From the NCBI GenBank assembly GCA_963799485.1, contig CAWCXJ010000013.1, forward strand, positions 32,001-96,000: 64,000 nt of DNA, read 5' to 3'. The notes under the pieces are model-generated. The model had not been told where the DNA came from and made no database searches. It worked only from the letters and a program-made list of their open reading frames with translations. Source of the stretch: an uncultured Trueperaceae bacterium (lineage in GTDB: Bacteria > Deinococcota > Deinococci > Deinococcales > Trueperaceae). Shown piece by piece: positions 9,352 to 17,238 of the stretch; position 1 is the first letter of the stretch; each line of letters begins with the position of its first letter. Position numbers and translations under genes: made by a program.

Positions 9352-10767
9352 ATGCCTTCTTCACCGCCCGCCCGCATTTTCGACGCCGAACACCGTACCC
9401 TCACGCTGGGCATCCTTCTGGGCGTGACGCTCGTGGCTTTCGAGTCGCTCGCCGTCGTCACCATCGCGCCCCGCTTTTCCGCTGAACTAGGCGGCACCGA
9501 CCTTTACGGCTGGGTCTTTAGCGCCCTGCTGCTGACCTCGCTTCTGGGCACTGTCATCGGCGGGCAGCTGGCGGATACGAAGGGGCCGGGCCGCGTCATC
9601 TTGCTGGGGCTGATTGTTTTCGGGTTCGGCCTCGCCGTTGCCGGGGCCGCGCCGACGATGCTCGTGTTGCTCGCGGGTCGGTTGCTGCAGGGCTTGGGCG
9701 GCGGCGCACTCGTCACAGCTCTTTTCGCGGTCGTCAACCTCGCTTACAGCGACCGTTTGCGTCCGGCGGTGTTCGCGGCGATGTCGAGCGCGTGGGTGGT
9801 GCCGGGGCTCGTCGGGCCACTTTTGGCGGCGTTTATCGCGGAGGCCGCGGGTTGGCGAGTGGTGTTCTGGGGTCTGTTGCCGCTGCTGGTTATTGTCGCT
9901 GTTTTAACCGTTCCGGCCTTCGGGCGGTTTCCTCGACCGGACGCCGTAAAGAGACCGAACCGACTCCCGCAAGCTTTGAGTTTGGCGCTCGGGACGGGGT
10001 TCTTTCTGGCGGGGTTGACGCTGGCGTCGTGGTGGGGCGCTCTGCTGCTCGTGGTCGGGGGGCCACTGGCGTTTGTGAGCTTGCGCCGACTTTTGCCTGC
10101 CGGAACGCTCCGGGCGCGGGCGGGTTTACCGGCGGTGGTGGCCTCGAGAGGACTCTTTTACGCTTCATTCGCCGGGGTCGAGGCGTTTTTGGCGTTTATG
10201 CTGACCCGCGTTCACGGCTACACGGAAACCGTCGCGGGCGTCGTGATTGCGACCGGGGCGCTCAGCTGGGCATCAGGCTCGTTTTTGCAGGCGCAGCTCG
10301 AGCGGCGCGGCTCCGGCGAGCTGGGGCGGGCGCGGCGCGTGCGTTTCGGCACGTTTTTGCTGACTGCCGGACTCGCCGTACAACTTGTGGCCCTCTTCGC
10401 GCCCTCCTACTCGCTTCTCATCAGCGTGTTGGGCTGGGGCACCGCAGGCTTGGGCATGGGGCTGGCGCACTCGACCTCTTCGGTGCTGGCGTTTGCGGCG
10501 GCTCCGGCAGGTGAGGGCGGTTCGGTGTCGGCGTCGTTGCAGCTTGCCGACCAGTTTTCCTCGGCGCTGTCAACGGGTATCGGTGGGGCGCTCCTGGGCT
10601 TGGCGGTGGGGCTCGGCAGTTCGGAGCAGGTCGGGGTGGCGTGGGCGTTCGGCTTCTGCTTGCTGCTGATCGTTGCGGCGGTGTGGACGTCGGGGCGGAT
10701 TCCTGCGCCTAACGTCGGGGGACGGGACGTTGTAGAGCAGGGTGCGCTGGCCGCTGAGGGGCGGTAA
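9352..10767 (+). CDS. MFS transporter (DHA2-like)
   Basis: About 14 hydrophobic segments; GQLADTKGP motif A, GRLLQGLGGG; leaderless start (TATCTT 7 nt before ATG). Confidence 0.9.
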   Translation: MPSSPPARIFDAEHRTLTLGILLGVTLVAFESLAVVTIAPRFSAELGGTDLYGWVFSALLLTSLLGTVIGGQLADTKGPGRVILLGLIVFGFGLAVAGAAPTMLVLLAGRLLQGLGGGALVTALFAVVNLAYSDRLRPAVFAAMSSAWVVPGLVGPLLAAFIAEAAGWRVVFWGLLPLLVIVAVLTVPAFGRFPRPDAVKRPNRLPQALSLALGTGFFLAGLTLASWWGALLLVVGGPLAFVSLRRLLPAGTLRARAGLPAVVASRGLFYASFAGVEAFLAFMLTRVHGYTETVAGVVIATGALSWASGSFLQAQLERRGSGELGRARRVRFGTFLLTAGLAVQLVALFAPSYSLLISVLGWGTAGLGMGLAHSTSSVLAFAAAPAGEGGSVSASLQLADQFSSALSTGIGGALLGLAVGLGSSEQVGVAWAFGFCLLLIVAAVWTSGRIPAPNVGGRDVVEQGALAAEGR

Positions 10768-10776
10768 ACTCAGGGT

Positions 10777-11370
10777 GTGATTGCGTATCTAGACGGGGTC
10801 GTGGCGGAGGTGCGGGCGAACAGTCTGGTGGTTCAGGCGGGCGGGTTCGGGCTCGAGGTCTTCGCCCCCAAGTCCACCCTGATGGTCTCCAAAGTCGGCA
10901 CAGCGCTGCGGCTCCACACCTATTTTTTGGTCAAAGAAGACCTCATGGCGCTCTACGGTTTTCACGACCGCGACGCACATACGCTGTTCACCTACCTTAT
11001 CGGCGTGTCGGGCGTCGGGCCGAAGCTCGCTTTGGCGCTTTTGTCGGGGATGCAGACCTCGCTCGTTGCGGGCGCGATTTTGCAGGGCGACGCCGGACTG
11101 TTAGCGAGTGCGCCGGGGGTCGGCAAACGGATGGCCGAGCGCATTATCCTAGACCTCAAAACCAAATTGCCTGAACACTTGCAGGCACCGGGGGCCACGG
11201 GCCGCGTGATGAGTTTGACAACGCCCGCCGCCGAAGATGCGGTCGAGGCGTTGTTGGCGCTCGGCTACCGCGAAACGCAGGTCAAAGGTGTCGTTGCCGA
11301 ACTTGCCCTAAAAGACAGCGAAGCGACGGCGGAAGCGCTGATTCGTAAGGCACTCTCGAGACTCCGCTAG
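10777..11370 (+). CDS. ruvA: Holliday junction branch migration protein RuvA
   Basis: MIAYLDG, LYGF, VSGVGPKLAL, PGVGKRMAERI, ALLALGY. Confidence 0.97.
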   Translation: MIAYLDGVVAEVRANSLVVQAGGFGLEVFAPKSTLMVSKVGTALRLHTYFLVKEDLMALYGFHDRDAHTLFTYLIGVSGVGPKLALALLSGMQTSLVAGAILQGDAGLLASAPGVGKRMAERIILDLKTKLPEHLQAPGATGRVMSLTTPAAEDAVEALLALGYRETQVKGVVAELALKDSEATAEALIRKALSRLR

Positions 11371-11373
11371 GCT

Positions 11374-11733
11374 GTGAAGGTCGCTCCTGCAAGTTCTCTG
11401 CCGGCAAGTCGGGAGCGGCTCGAGCAAGTCCGCACCTACCTCCGCGATTACCCCGCTTCGGTCGCCCTCGTTTCCTACGCCGGTGACGCGCCGCCACTCG
11501 TCCGGTTGGGTACACTCGTCACCCGTAAACAGCTCGCCTCGGGGCTGATTACCGACCCCGTGCTGCTACGCTTCACCGAACGCCTCAAAAAAACCCGCCC
11601 GGATTTGAGTCTCGCGCAGTTTTTACGGCTACCTGTACCTGTGAGCGCCGGAGACCAAGAGGTTTACACCGCCCGGTTGGGTAAGTGGCTGTTTGAAGTG
11701 AAGATGTTGGAACGCGCTTTGGAAGGTCTATAA
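11374..11733 (+). CDS. Hypothetical protein
   Basis: ORF packed between ruvA and the next gene (gaps of 3 and 1 nt). Confidence 0.7.
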   Translation: MKVAPASSLPASRERLEQVRTYLRDYPASVALVSYAGDAPPLVRLGTLVTRKQLASGLITDPVLLRFTERLKKTRPDLSLAQFLRLPVPVSAGDQEVYTARLGKWLFEVKMLERALEGL

Positions 11734-11734
11734 G

Positions 11735-12205
11735 ATGACTACACTACGCTACTACTCGAAAAAAGACAGCTGGCTGCTCGCGCTTATAGGGGCTGTGTTG
11801 TTACTCCCGCTTGCCCTGGCTATCTACGACCTTTTTCAGGGTGATATAGACGGGCTATCGTCTTTGTTTTTCGGAATCGCCGTACCGGGAACCTTGCTGC
11901 TGCTCACCTACCCGCTCTATTACGACCTGACGCCCACCGCACTAGAGGTGCGCGGCGGTATTCTCGTCAACCAACAGATTCCGCTGTCGGCGGTTCAAGA
12001 GGTCGTGCCGACCCGCAACCCGCTGAGCGCACCCGCGTGGTCACTCGACCGGCTCCGGGTCAACTACGAAACCGAGGACGGCGAGAGTTTTATGCTGATT
12101 TCACCAACAGATAAAACCGGATTTATGGCTGAACTGACCCGGCGTGACGGGGGGCTCGAGCTTCAGGACCAGCGGGTCGTCCGCGTTGACTGGCGCGGCG
12201 ACTAA
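11735..12205 (+). CDS. Membrane protein with bacterial PH domain
   Basis: Two TM helices then NPLSAPAWSLDRL and LISP motifs. Confidence 0.8.
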   Translation: MTTLRYYSKKDSWLLALIGAVLLLPLALAIYDLFQGDIDGLSSLFFGIAVPGTLLLLTYPLYYDLTPTALEVRGGILVNQQIPLSAVQEVVPTRNPLSAPAWSLDRLRVNYETEDGESFMLISPTDKTGFMAELTRRDGGLELQDQRVVRVDWRGD

Positions 12206-12231
12206 AGAGCTAAACGCTCGAGCTAGCAACC

Positions 12232-13362
12232 TTACCCTGCTAACTTCACAGGCTCACTCAGCGCGACGCTGGGCGGGACGACCTCGAGGCCGAACGCGTC
12301 CCCCACACCCTGAAAGGTCAGCTGGCCCTGGTAGGTATTGAGCCCTTTCATGAGCGCCGGGTCGTGTTGCAGCGCCCCCGCGCCGTGCTCGGCGAGTGCG
12401 AGCGCGTACTTGAGCGTCTGGTTCGACAGGGCGATGGTGCTCGTATTCGGCACGGCTCCCGGCATGTTGGCGACGCCGTAGTGCACCACGCCGTCTACGA
12501 CAAAGGTCGGGTCGTCGTGGGTGGTCGGGCGAATCGTTTCGATACAGCCGCCCTGGTCAACTGCGACGTCTACGATAACGCTGCCCGGTTTCATCGTCCC
12601 GATCATCTCACGCGTGACCAGATGCGGAGCCCTGGCCCCCGGAATCAGCACCGCCCCGACGAGCAGGTCGGCGCGAGCGACCAGCTCGGCGATGTTGGCA
12701 GGCGTACTCGCTAAAGTCTGCAGGCTGCTGCCGAACACATCGTCCAGATACTGCAAGCGTGCGTGGCTCACATCCAAAATGGTGACGCGCGCGCCGAGGC
12801 CGACAGCGATTTTGGCGGCGTTGGTGCCTACCATGCCGCCGCCCAAGACGACCACTTCACCCGCCTGGACGCCCGGTACACCGCCGAGCAGCAACCCGCG
12901 TCCGCCTAAAAACTTGCCGAGATAGTGCGCCCCGACCTGGGTCGCCATCCGTCCGGCAACTTCGCTCATCGGCGTTAAGAGGGGGAGTGAGCCGTTGGCG
13001 AGTTGCACCGTTTCATACGCCACGGCGGCGGTTCCGGCCCCTAGCAGCGCCTCGGTCAGCGGGCGGTCGGCGGCGAGGTGCAGGTAAGTAAAGAGCAGCA
13101 GGTCGGCCCGTAAAAATCCGTACTCCTGTTTTATCGGCTCTTTGACCTTCAAGACCATCTCCTGCGCCCACGCTTCGGCGGCGCTACCGACAATCTCCGC
13201 GCCCTGCGCCGCGTATTCGTCGTCTGAAAAGCCGCTGCCGACCCCGGCTCCCGTTTCGACGGCTACCTTGTGCCCGTGCGCTACGAACCCATGAACCGTA
13301 CCGGGGGTTGCCGCGACTCTATATTCGTGAGTCTTGACCTCTTTGGGGACGCCTATATTCAT
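12232..13362 (-). CDS. ald: Alanine dehydrogenase
   Basis: [47 protein letters not shown]. Confidence 0.97.
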   Translation of the reverse strand: MNIGVPKEVKTHEYRVAATPGTVHGFVAHGHKVAVETGAGVGSGFSDDEYAAQGAEIVGSAAEAWAQEMVLKVKEPIKQEYGFLRADLLLFTYLHLAADRPLTEALLGAGTAAVAYETVQLANGSLPLLTPMSEVAGRMATQVGAHYLGKFLGGRGLLLGGVPGVQAGEVVVLGGGMVGTNAAKIAVGLGARVTILDVSHARLQYLDDVFGSSLQTLASTPANIAELVARADLLVGAVLIPGARAPHLVTREMIGTMKPGSVIVDVAVDQGGCIETIRPTTHDDPTFVVDGVVHYGVANMPGAVPNTSTIALSNQTLKYALALAEHGAGALQHDPALMKGLNTYQGQLTFQGVGDAFGLEVVPPSVALSEPVKLAG

Positions 13363-13480
13363 ATCCTTCACCTCGCTATACATAAGTCTATCGTAAACGT
13401 GCCCGAGCGATGATTTATTTGAAAACGTCAAAGGTAGTCATAGCGCGGGGGTGCAACCCCTTGTTCGGGCGTCTGCCGGG

Positions 13481-14386
13481 TCAAGTCCAGACACGCAGAA
13501 ATTTCATCCGGCCCGCCTGTACTTCGGCAACTGCCACGAGCGTCCGCGACGGGTCAACCAACCCGAGGCGTCCGTCGGCGAGGGCTTCGGAAGGTAGACG
13601 CTGACCCTGCCGGACCCTGGTGACCTGAGCGGTGTCTAACTCGAGCAGCGGATAAGGTAGCGCGTCAGCGAGGCTTAAACCGGGAACACTTGAAAGCTCA
13701 TCTAAAGAAATGGCTTGTTCCAGCCCAAAAATCCCCGATTGTGTCCGAACGAGGCCCGAAAGATGCGCCGGAACGCCTAGAGCCGCGCCTAAATCCCTGG
13801 CAAAGGCCCGCAGGTAAGTCCCGGCCTGTACGCGCACCTCGAACAGCGCGGTAGGAAAGTCGCCGAGTGTCGGGGGCAGGGGTGCGGGAGGCTCGAGCGT
13901 CCCCTTCAGCGTGTCTCTAATGGGTGCAAACCCCAGCAACTCAATCGCCTTGTAGCCAGCCGGACGAGCTTCCAACTTGAGCGTCTCACCCTTACGCGCC
14001 GCCTCATAACCCTTGACACCTCCCTTTTTTACGGCGGAATACTGCGGCGGCAATTGTTCGGAAAGCTCTAGAAATGGCGGCAGCGCAGCCTGAATACTTG
14101 CGGCGGTCAATCCTGAAGCGTCGGCGGTCTCGCTGACCGGGCCTTCGGCGTCGAGTGTGTCGGTTCCGGCTCCGAACGAGACCCACGCCAAATACCGTTT
14201 TTCCGAAGCTGTTAAAAAGGGGGAGAGCTTGGTCGCGCCGTCGCTTAAAATGACCAGCACGCCGGTTGCCAGCGGGTCGAGGGTTCCGGCGTGACCGACG
14301 GCCCTGGTTTTCAGGCGTTTACGGGCCTGCGCCACTACGTCGTGCGAAGTCAGGCCGAGGGGTTTGTCCAGAATATAAACAGGCAT
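13481..14386 (-). CDS. truB: tRNA pseudouridine(55) synthase
   Basis: LDKPLGLTSHDVV, GHAGTLDPLATG, PPQYSA, GTYLR. Confidence 0.96.
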   Translation of the reverse strand: MPVYILDKPLGLTSHDVVAQARKRLKTRAVGHAGTLDPLATGVLVILSDGATKLSPFLTASEKRYLAWVSFGAGTDTLDAEGPVSETADASGLTAASIQAALPPFLELSEQLPPQYSAVKKGGVKGYEAARKGETLKLEARPAGYKAIELLGFAPIRDTLKGTLEPPAPLPPTLGDFPTALFEVRVQAGTYLRAFARDLGAALGVPAHLSGLVRTQSGIFGLEQAISLDELSSVPGLSLADALPYPLLELDTAQVTRVRQGQRLPSEALADGRLGLVDPSRTLVAVAEVQAGRMKFLRVWT

Positions 14387-14387
14387 T

Positions 14388-14792
14388 TCAGACCTCGAGT
14401 AGCGGGGCACCCATCCGGGTCGCCGCTCTTTGAAGCGGCGCGTCTAACGTCGCAAGCGGCAATCCCAGACTCACCGCCAAATCCAAATAAGCTGCGTCGT
14501 AAGCCGAAAGACCATACGCGCGGCCCAGCGCCAGCGGCGAGCCGAACTTCGGGAGTGCGTCCGAGACGATAATCGGTAACGCTTCTAACAGGCCGACAAA
14601 CCGCGCCGTTTGTGCCTGCGTCAGCCGCTGACGGCGTTCGCCGACCAACAAGACGTTGGCGACCTCGAGCTGCCACAACGTAGGAACCACAGCTTGAGTT
14701 TTTTCCAAGGTGTCCAGGACGCCCTCACTATAGGGCGTCGTTTCATCTTCAAAACACCAGGCCACCGTAACCGACGCGTCCAGCACAAACAC
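14388..14792 (-). CDS. vapC: Type II toxin, PIN domain VapC family
   Basis: VLDAS, EVANVL, LSAYDAAYLDLA, LATLD. Confidence 0.92.
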   Translation of the reverse strand: MFVLDASVTVAWCFEDETTPYSEGVLDTLEKTQAVVPTLWQLEVANVLLVGERRQRLTQAQTARFVGLLEALPIIVSDALPKFGSPLALGRAYGLSAYDAAYLDLAVSLGLPLATLDAPLQRAATRMGAPLLEV

Positions 14793-15029
14793 CTAAGCGC
14801 GCCCCTCTTCAATCAGCTCACGCACTGAAAGTTCACCTAAAGTAACCCCCCGCCTAAACGCCCGCAACTCCCTGATAACAGTACCGGGGTCGGCGCGTGT
14901 TCGGTCAGGAGGCGTGAGTTTGGCAACCGCATGACCGTGTTTGGTAATCGTGATGCTTTTACCCTCTGCGACCTCTTCCAAGAGCTGTGATAAATGCGTT
15001 TTCGCGTCGTAAGCACCAACTTTACGCAC
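14793..15029 (-). CDS. Type II antitoxin, Phd/YefM family
   Basis: DAKTHLSQLLEEV..G..ITITKHGHAVAKL; GGAGG RBS before GTG 15029. Confidence 0.92.
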   Translation of the reverse strand: MRKVGAYDAKTHLSQLLEEVAEGKSITITKHGHAVAKLTPPDRTRADPGTVIRELRAFRRGVTLGELSVRELIEEGRA

Positions 15030-15048
15030 AGGTGTGACCTCCCCCAAA

Positions 15049-15090
15049 CTGGTCTAAAGCTAGTCTAAACCGACCAGATGAGCCTGTCAA
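15049..15090 (-). promoter_or_regulatory. TA operon promoter TTGACA-17-TAGACT with overlapping operator-like repeats
   Basis: -35 at 15090-15085, -10 at 15067-15062; CTGGTC...GACCAG inverted repeat and two GTCTAAA copies. Confidence 0.75.
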
Positions 15091-15101
15091 CATTTTAGCT
15101 A

Positions 15102-15132
15102 TTGACAAAGTATTGTAAATGTACAACAATAC
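15102..15132 (+). promoter_or_regulatory. Promoter/operator of the XRE regulator
   Basis: TTGACA at 15102 followed by palindrome GTATTGT-N9-ACAATAC (15110-15132). Confidence 0.65.
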
Positions 15133-15161
15133 GTTCTAGTTTTACGGTAAGAGAGGTGAAG

Positions 15162-15425
15162 GTGCCCGAAACCAAACTGACGATCTACAACCGGCTTTCC
15201 GTTTTACGGGCCGAGCGGGGCTTGTCGCGGCAAGAGCTCGCGGACGCAGTAGGGGTGAACTATCAGACCATCGGTTACTTAGAGCGCGGCGACTACAACC
15301 CGAGCCTCGAGCTAGCCTTCAAACTCAGTGAGTTTTTCGGGTTGCCGATTGAGGTTATTTTTTCGACTCGACCTCTTAAACCCTTGAGTGAAGCACTTTT
15401 TGAAGTTAAGGAAAGTGCTGCATGA
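15162..15425 (+). CDS. XRE/Cro-family HTH transcriptional regulator
   Basis: NRLSVLRAERGLSRQELADAVGVNYQTIGYLERGDYNPSLELA; GAGG RBS. Confidence 0.92.
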   Translation: MPETKLTIYNRLSVLRAERGLSRQELADAVGVNYQTIGYLERGDYNPSLELAFKLSEFFGLPIEVIFSTRPLKPLSEALFEVKESAA

Positions 15426-15490
15426 GCGGGCCGAAAAGTTTTGTTGTTTGGCTCGAGCCCAACCCTCCCGAAACTGAGGTCACCACATGA
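15422..15490 (+). CDS. 22-aa mini-ORF (probable remnant of a membrane-protein gene, or a coupling peptide)
   Basis: MSGPKSFVVWLEPNPPETEVTT; ATGA overlaps with both neighbours. Confidence 0.45.
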   Translation: MSGPKSFVVWLEPNPPETEVTT

Positions 15491-15948
15491 CACGCATCAA
15501 CACCCGTAAAAACCGGCGCTTATATGTGACGTTGTACGCGCTCGCGCTCGTTTTCCTCTATCCGCCCTTATACGAAAATCTAGGTACACTGGCGACGCTC
15601 GCCTTTTTCTTCGTTTCACCCCTGTATTACGCCCGTAGCGCTCTCATAGCGGCTTACCGAAAGAACCGTATGGATGAACGAGAGCGTGGTGTGGCGCTCG
15701 AGGGTTACGAAAACGCCTATGCAATTTTGGCGCTCACTCTAGTCGTCAGCCTTTTTGTTGCCAAAGTCTATCCACCCTCCATATGGCTAGCGGTCGTCGC
15801 GCCTTACTTCCTCTTTACACCGAGCGTACTTTTCGACCCATTCACCATGACGTTGCTGGTTTTGGTGTTACCAGCTTGTGTGATTGCTTGGCGCGAGCCA
15901 GGCCCACTCCCAAATGAACCCACCGTTCTTGCCGACACCCGCACCTAA
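15487..15948 (+). CDS. Membrane protein (DUF2178-like DERE motif)
   Basis: Four TM segments, MDERE motif, C-terminal AWREP. Confidence 0.75.
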   Translation: MTRINTRKNRRLYVTLYALALVFLYPPLYENLGTLATLAFFFVSPLYYARSALIAAYRKNRMDERERGVALEGYENAYAILALTLVVSLFVAKVYPPSIWLAVVAPYFLFTPSVLFDPFTMTLLVLVLPACVIAWREPGPLPNEPTVLADTRT

Positions 15949-15958
15949 ACGTTAAACA

Positions 15959-15984
15959 GGGCTCTCACCATTTAGTGAAAGCCC
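15959..15984. terminator. Hairpin between convergent genes
   Basis: GGGCTCTCAC-CATTTA-GTGAAAGCCC. Confidence 0.55.
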
Positions 15985-16008
15985 CGGCTGAGTTACTTGT
16001 TCGCGTTT

Positions 16009-16989
16009 TTACTTTGCCATATCGTAAGCGACTTGAGGCAGAAACTGACCCGCCGCCGAACCTTTACCCACGCCGCAGTCGCCGTCGGATTCACCCGGCG
16101 ACTTGACCCATAAGAGCATCTCCAAACCCTTGCTGCCCGCAACTTTACGCGAGGTCACGCCGAGTTTACGGCCTGCCGGGTTGCACCAATCGTTCCCCGG
16201 CCCCGCCCCGTTGCGGCTCGTGTCGATGACAAAACGCGTATTACCACCGAGCTTTTGCACGATGCTGTTGCCGTAACGTCGGCTCTCGTCGGTTGTCCGG
16301 TAGTTCGAGGTGTTGAGCGCAAAACCTGCCGCCTTGCCGATGTCGGCTGCTTTGAGGCGGGTCGCCATGTCCGCCGCAGACTTCCAGTTCGAGTTGCCCG
16401 CGTCGAGGTAGACTTTGGCTTTGGGTGCGCCCCGGCTGAACTCGTTGACGGCGAAAGACAGCAGGTCTGTGACCAGTTTGGTGTTGGTGCCCTGCTGACA
16501 GTCTAACAAAAGCGGCAGGGCGTCGGGCTCGAGGATCACCACCGCGCTGCGCGGACCGACCCCCTTGACAAAGTTGCGAATCCAGGTTTTGTACGCTTCC
16601 GGACTGCCCGCGCCGCCGGAGCTGTACTGCCCGCAGTCGCGTCCCGGAATGTTATACGCCACGAAAATGGGCGTTTTGCCGGCAGCCGCCGCAGCTTTCG
16701 TATAAGACGCGGCTTCTCCCTCGATGTCGGGTGTCCAGTCGCCGACCCACTTGCCCTGGGGCTGACTGGCAATTTTTTGCCGGATGACCGCTGCCCTGCC
16801 GTCTGCAGCGTTGCTCTCGACCCAGCCTGCCACCGGGCTGTTCGGATTGACGTAAAACGGGCTCGTTGCGGCGGTCTCGAGTTCGGCTTTAGTCTCCGGT
16901 GAGCTGGCTGACGTGCTGCTACAAGCTGCCAACCCCAGCGTGAGAAAGCAACCGAGCAGAGCGGGTAAGTAACGTTTGACGCGCACCAT
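16009..16989 (-). CDS. Glycoside hydrolase family 6 (endoglucanase-type) lipoprotein
   Basis: Lipobox LAAC; YNIPGRDCG, ILEPDAL, YLDAGN, VIDTSRNG, WCNP, WVKSPGESDG. Confidence 0.92.
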   Translation of the reverse strand: MVRVKRYLPALLGCFLTLGLAACSSTSASSPETKAELETAATSPFYVNPNSPVAGWVESNAADGRAAVIRQKIASQPQGKWVGDWTPDIEGEAASYTKAAAAAGKTPIFVAYNIPGRDCGQYSSGGAGSPEAYKTWIRNFVKGVGPRSAVVILEPDALPLLLDCQQGTNTKLVTDLLSFAVNEFSRGAPKAKVYLDAGNSNWKSAADMATRLKAADIGKAAGFALNTSNYRTTDESRRYGNSIVQKLGGNTRFVIDTSRNGAGPGNDWCNPAGRKLGVTSRKVAGSKGLEMLLWVKSPGESDGDCGVGKGSAAGQFLPQVAYDMAK

Positions 16990-17238
16990 CTGTGTCCCCC
17001 TGAGTTGAAGTTTTACCCGAGAAACGTAACAGATTTTTCCATGAGAACTTTCTTTTAGTTCGTTAAACACAACTCGGTAGAAATAAAAGTTTCACAAGCA
17101 GCAGTGCTGTGAAGTTACTCGAAGCGGTTGTAGTCAAGCTGTAGCGTAGCGCCGTAAAAAGCTCGAGGCTTACCCAGCTCGCCGTAAAACCCAGGCACCC
17201 TTAGAACCCGGGTGCCTTTCACGCCGTATACTCTAACG

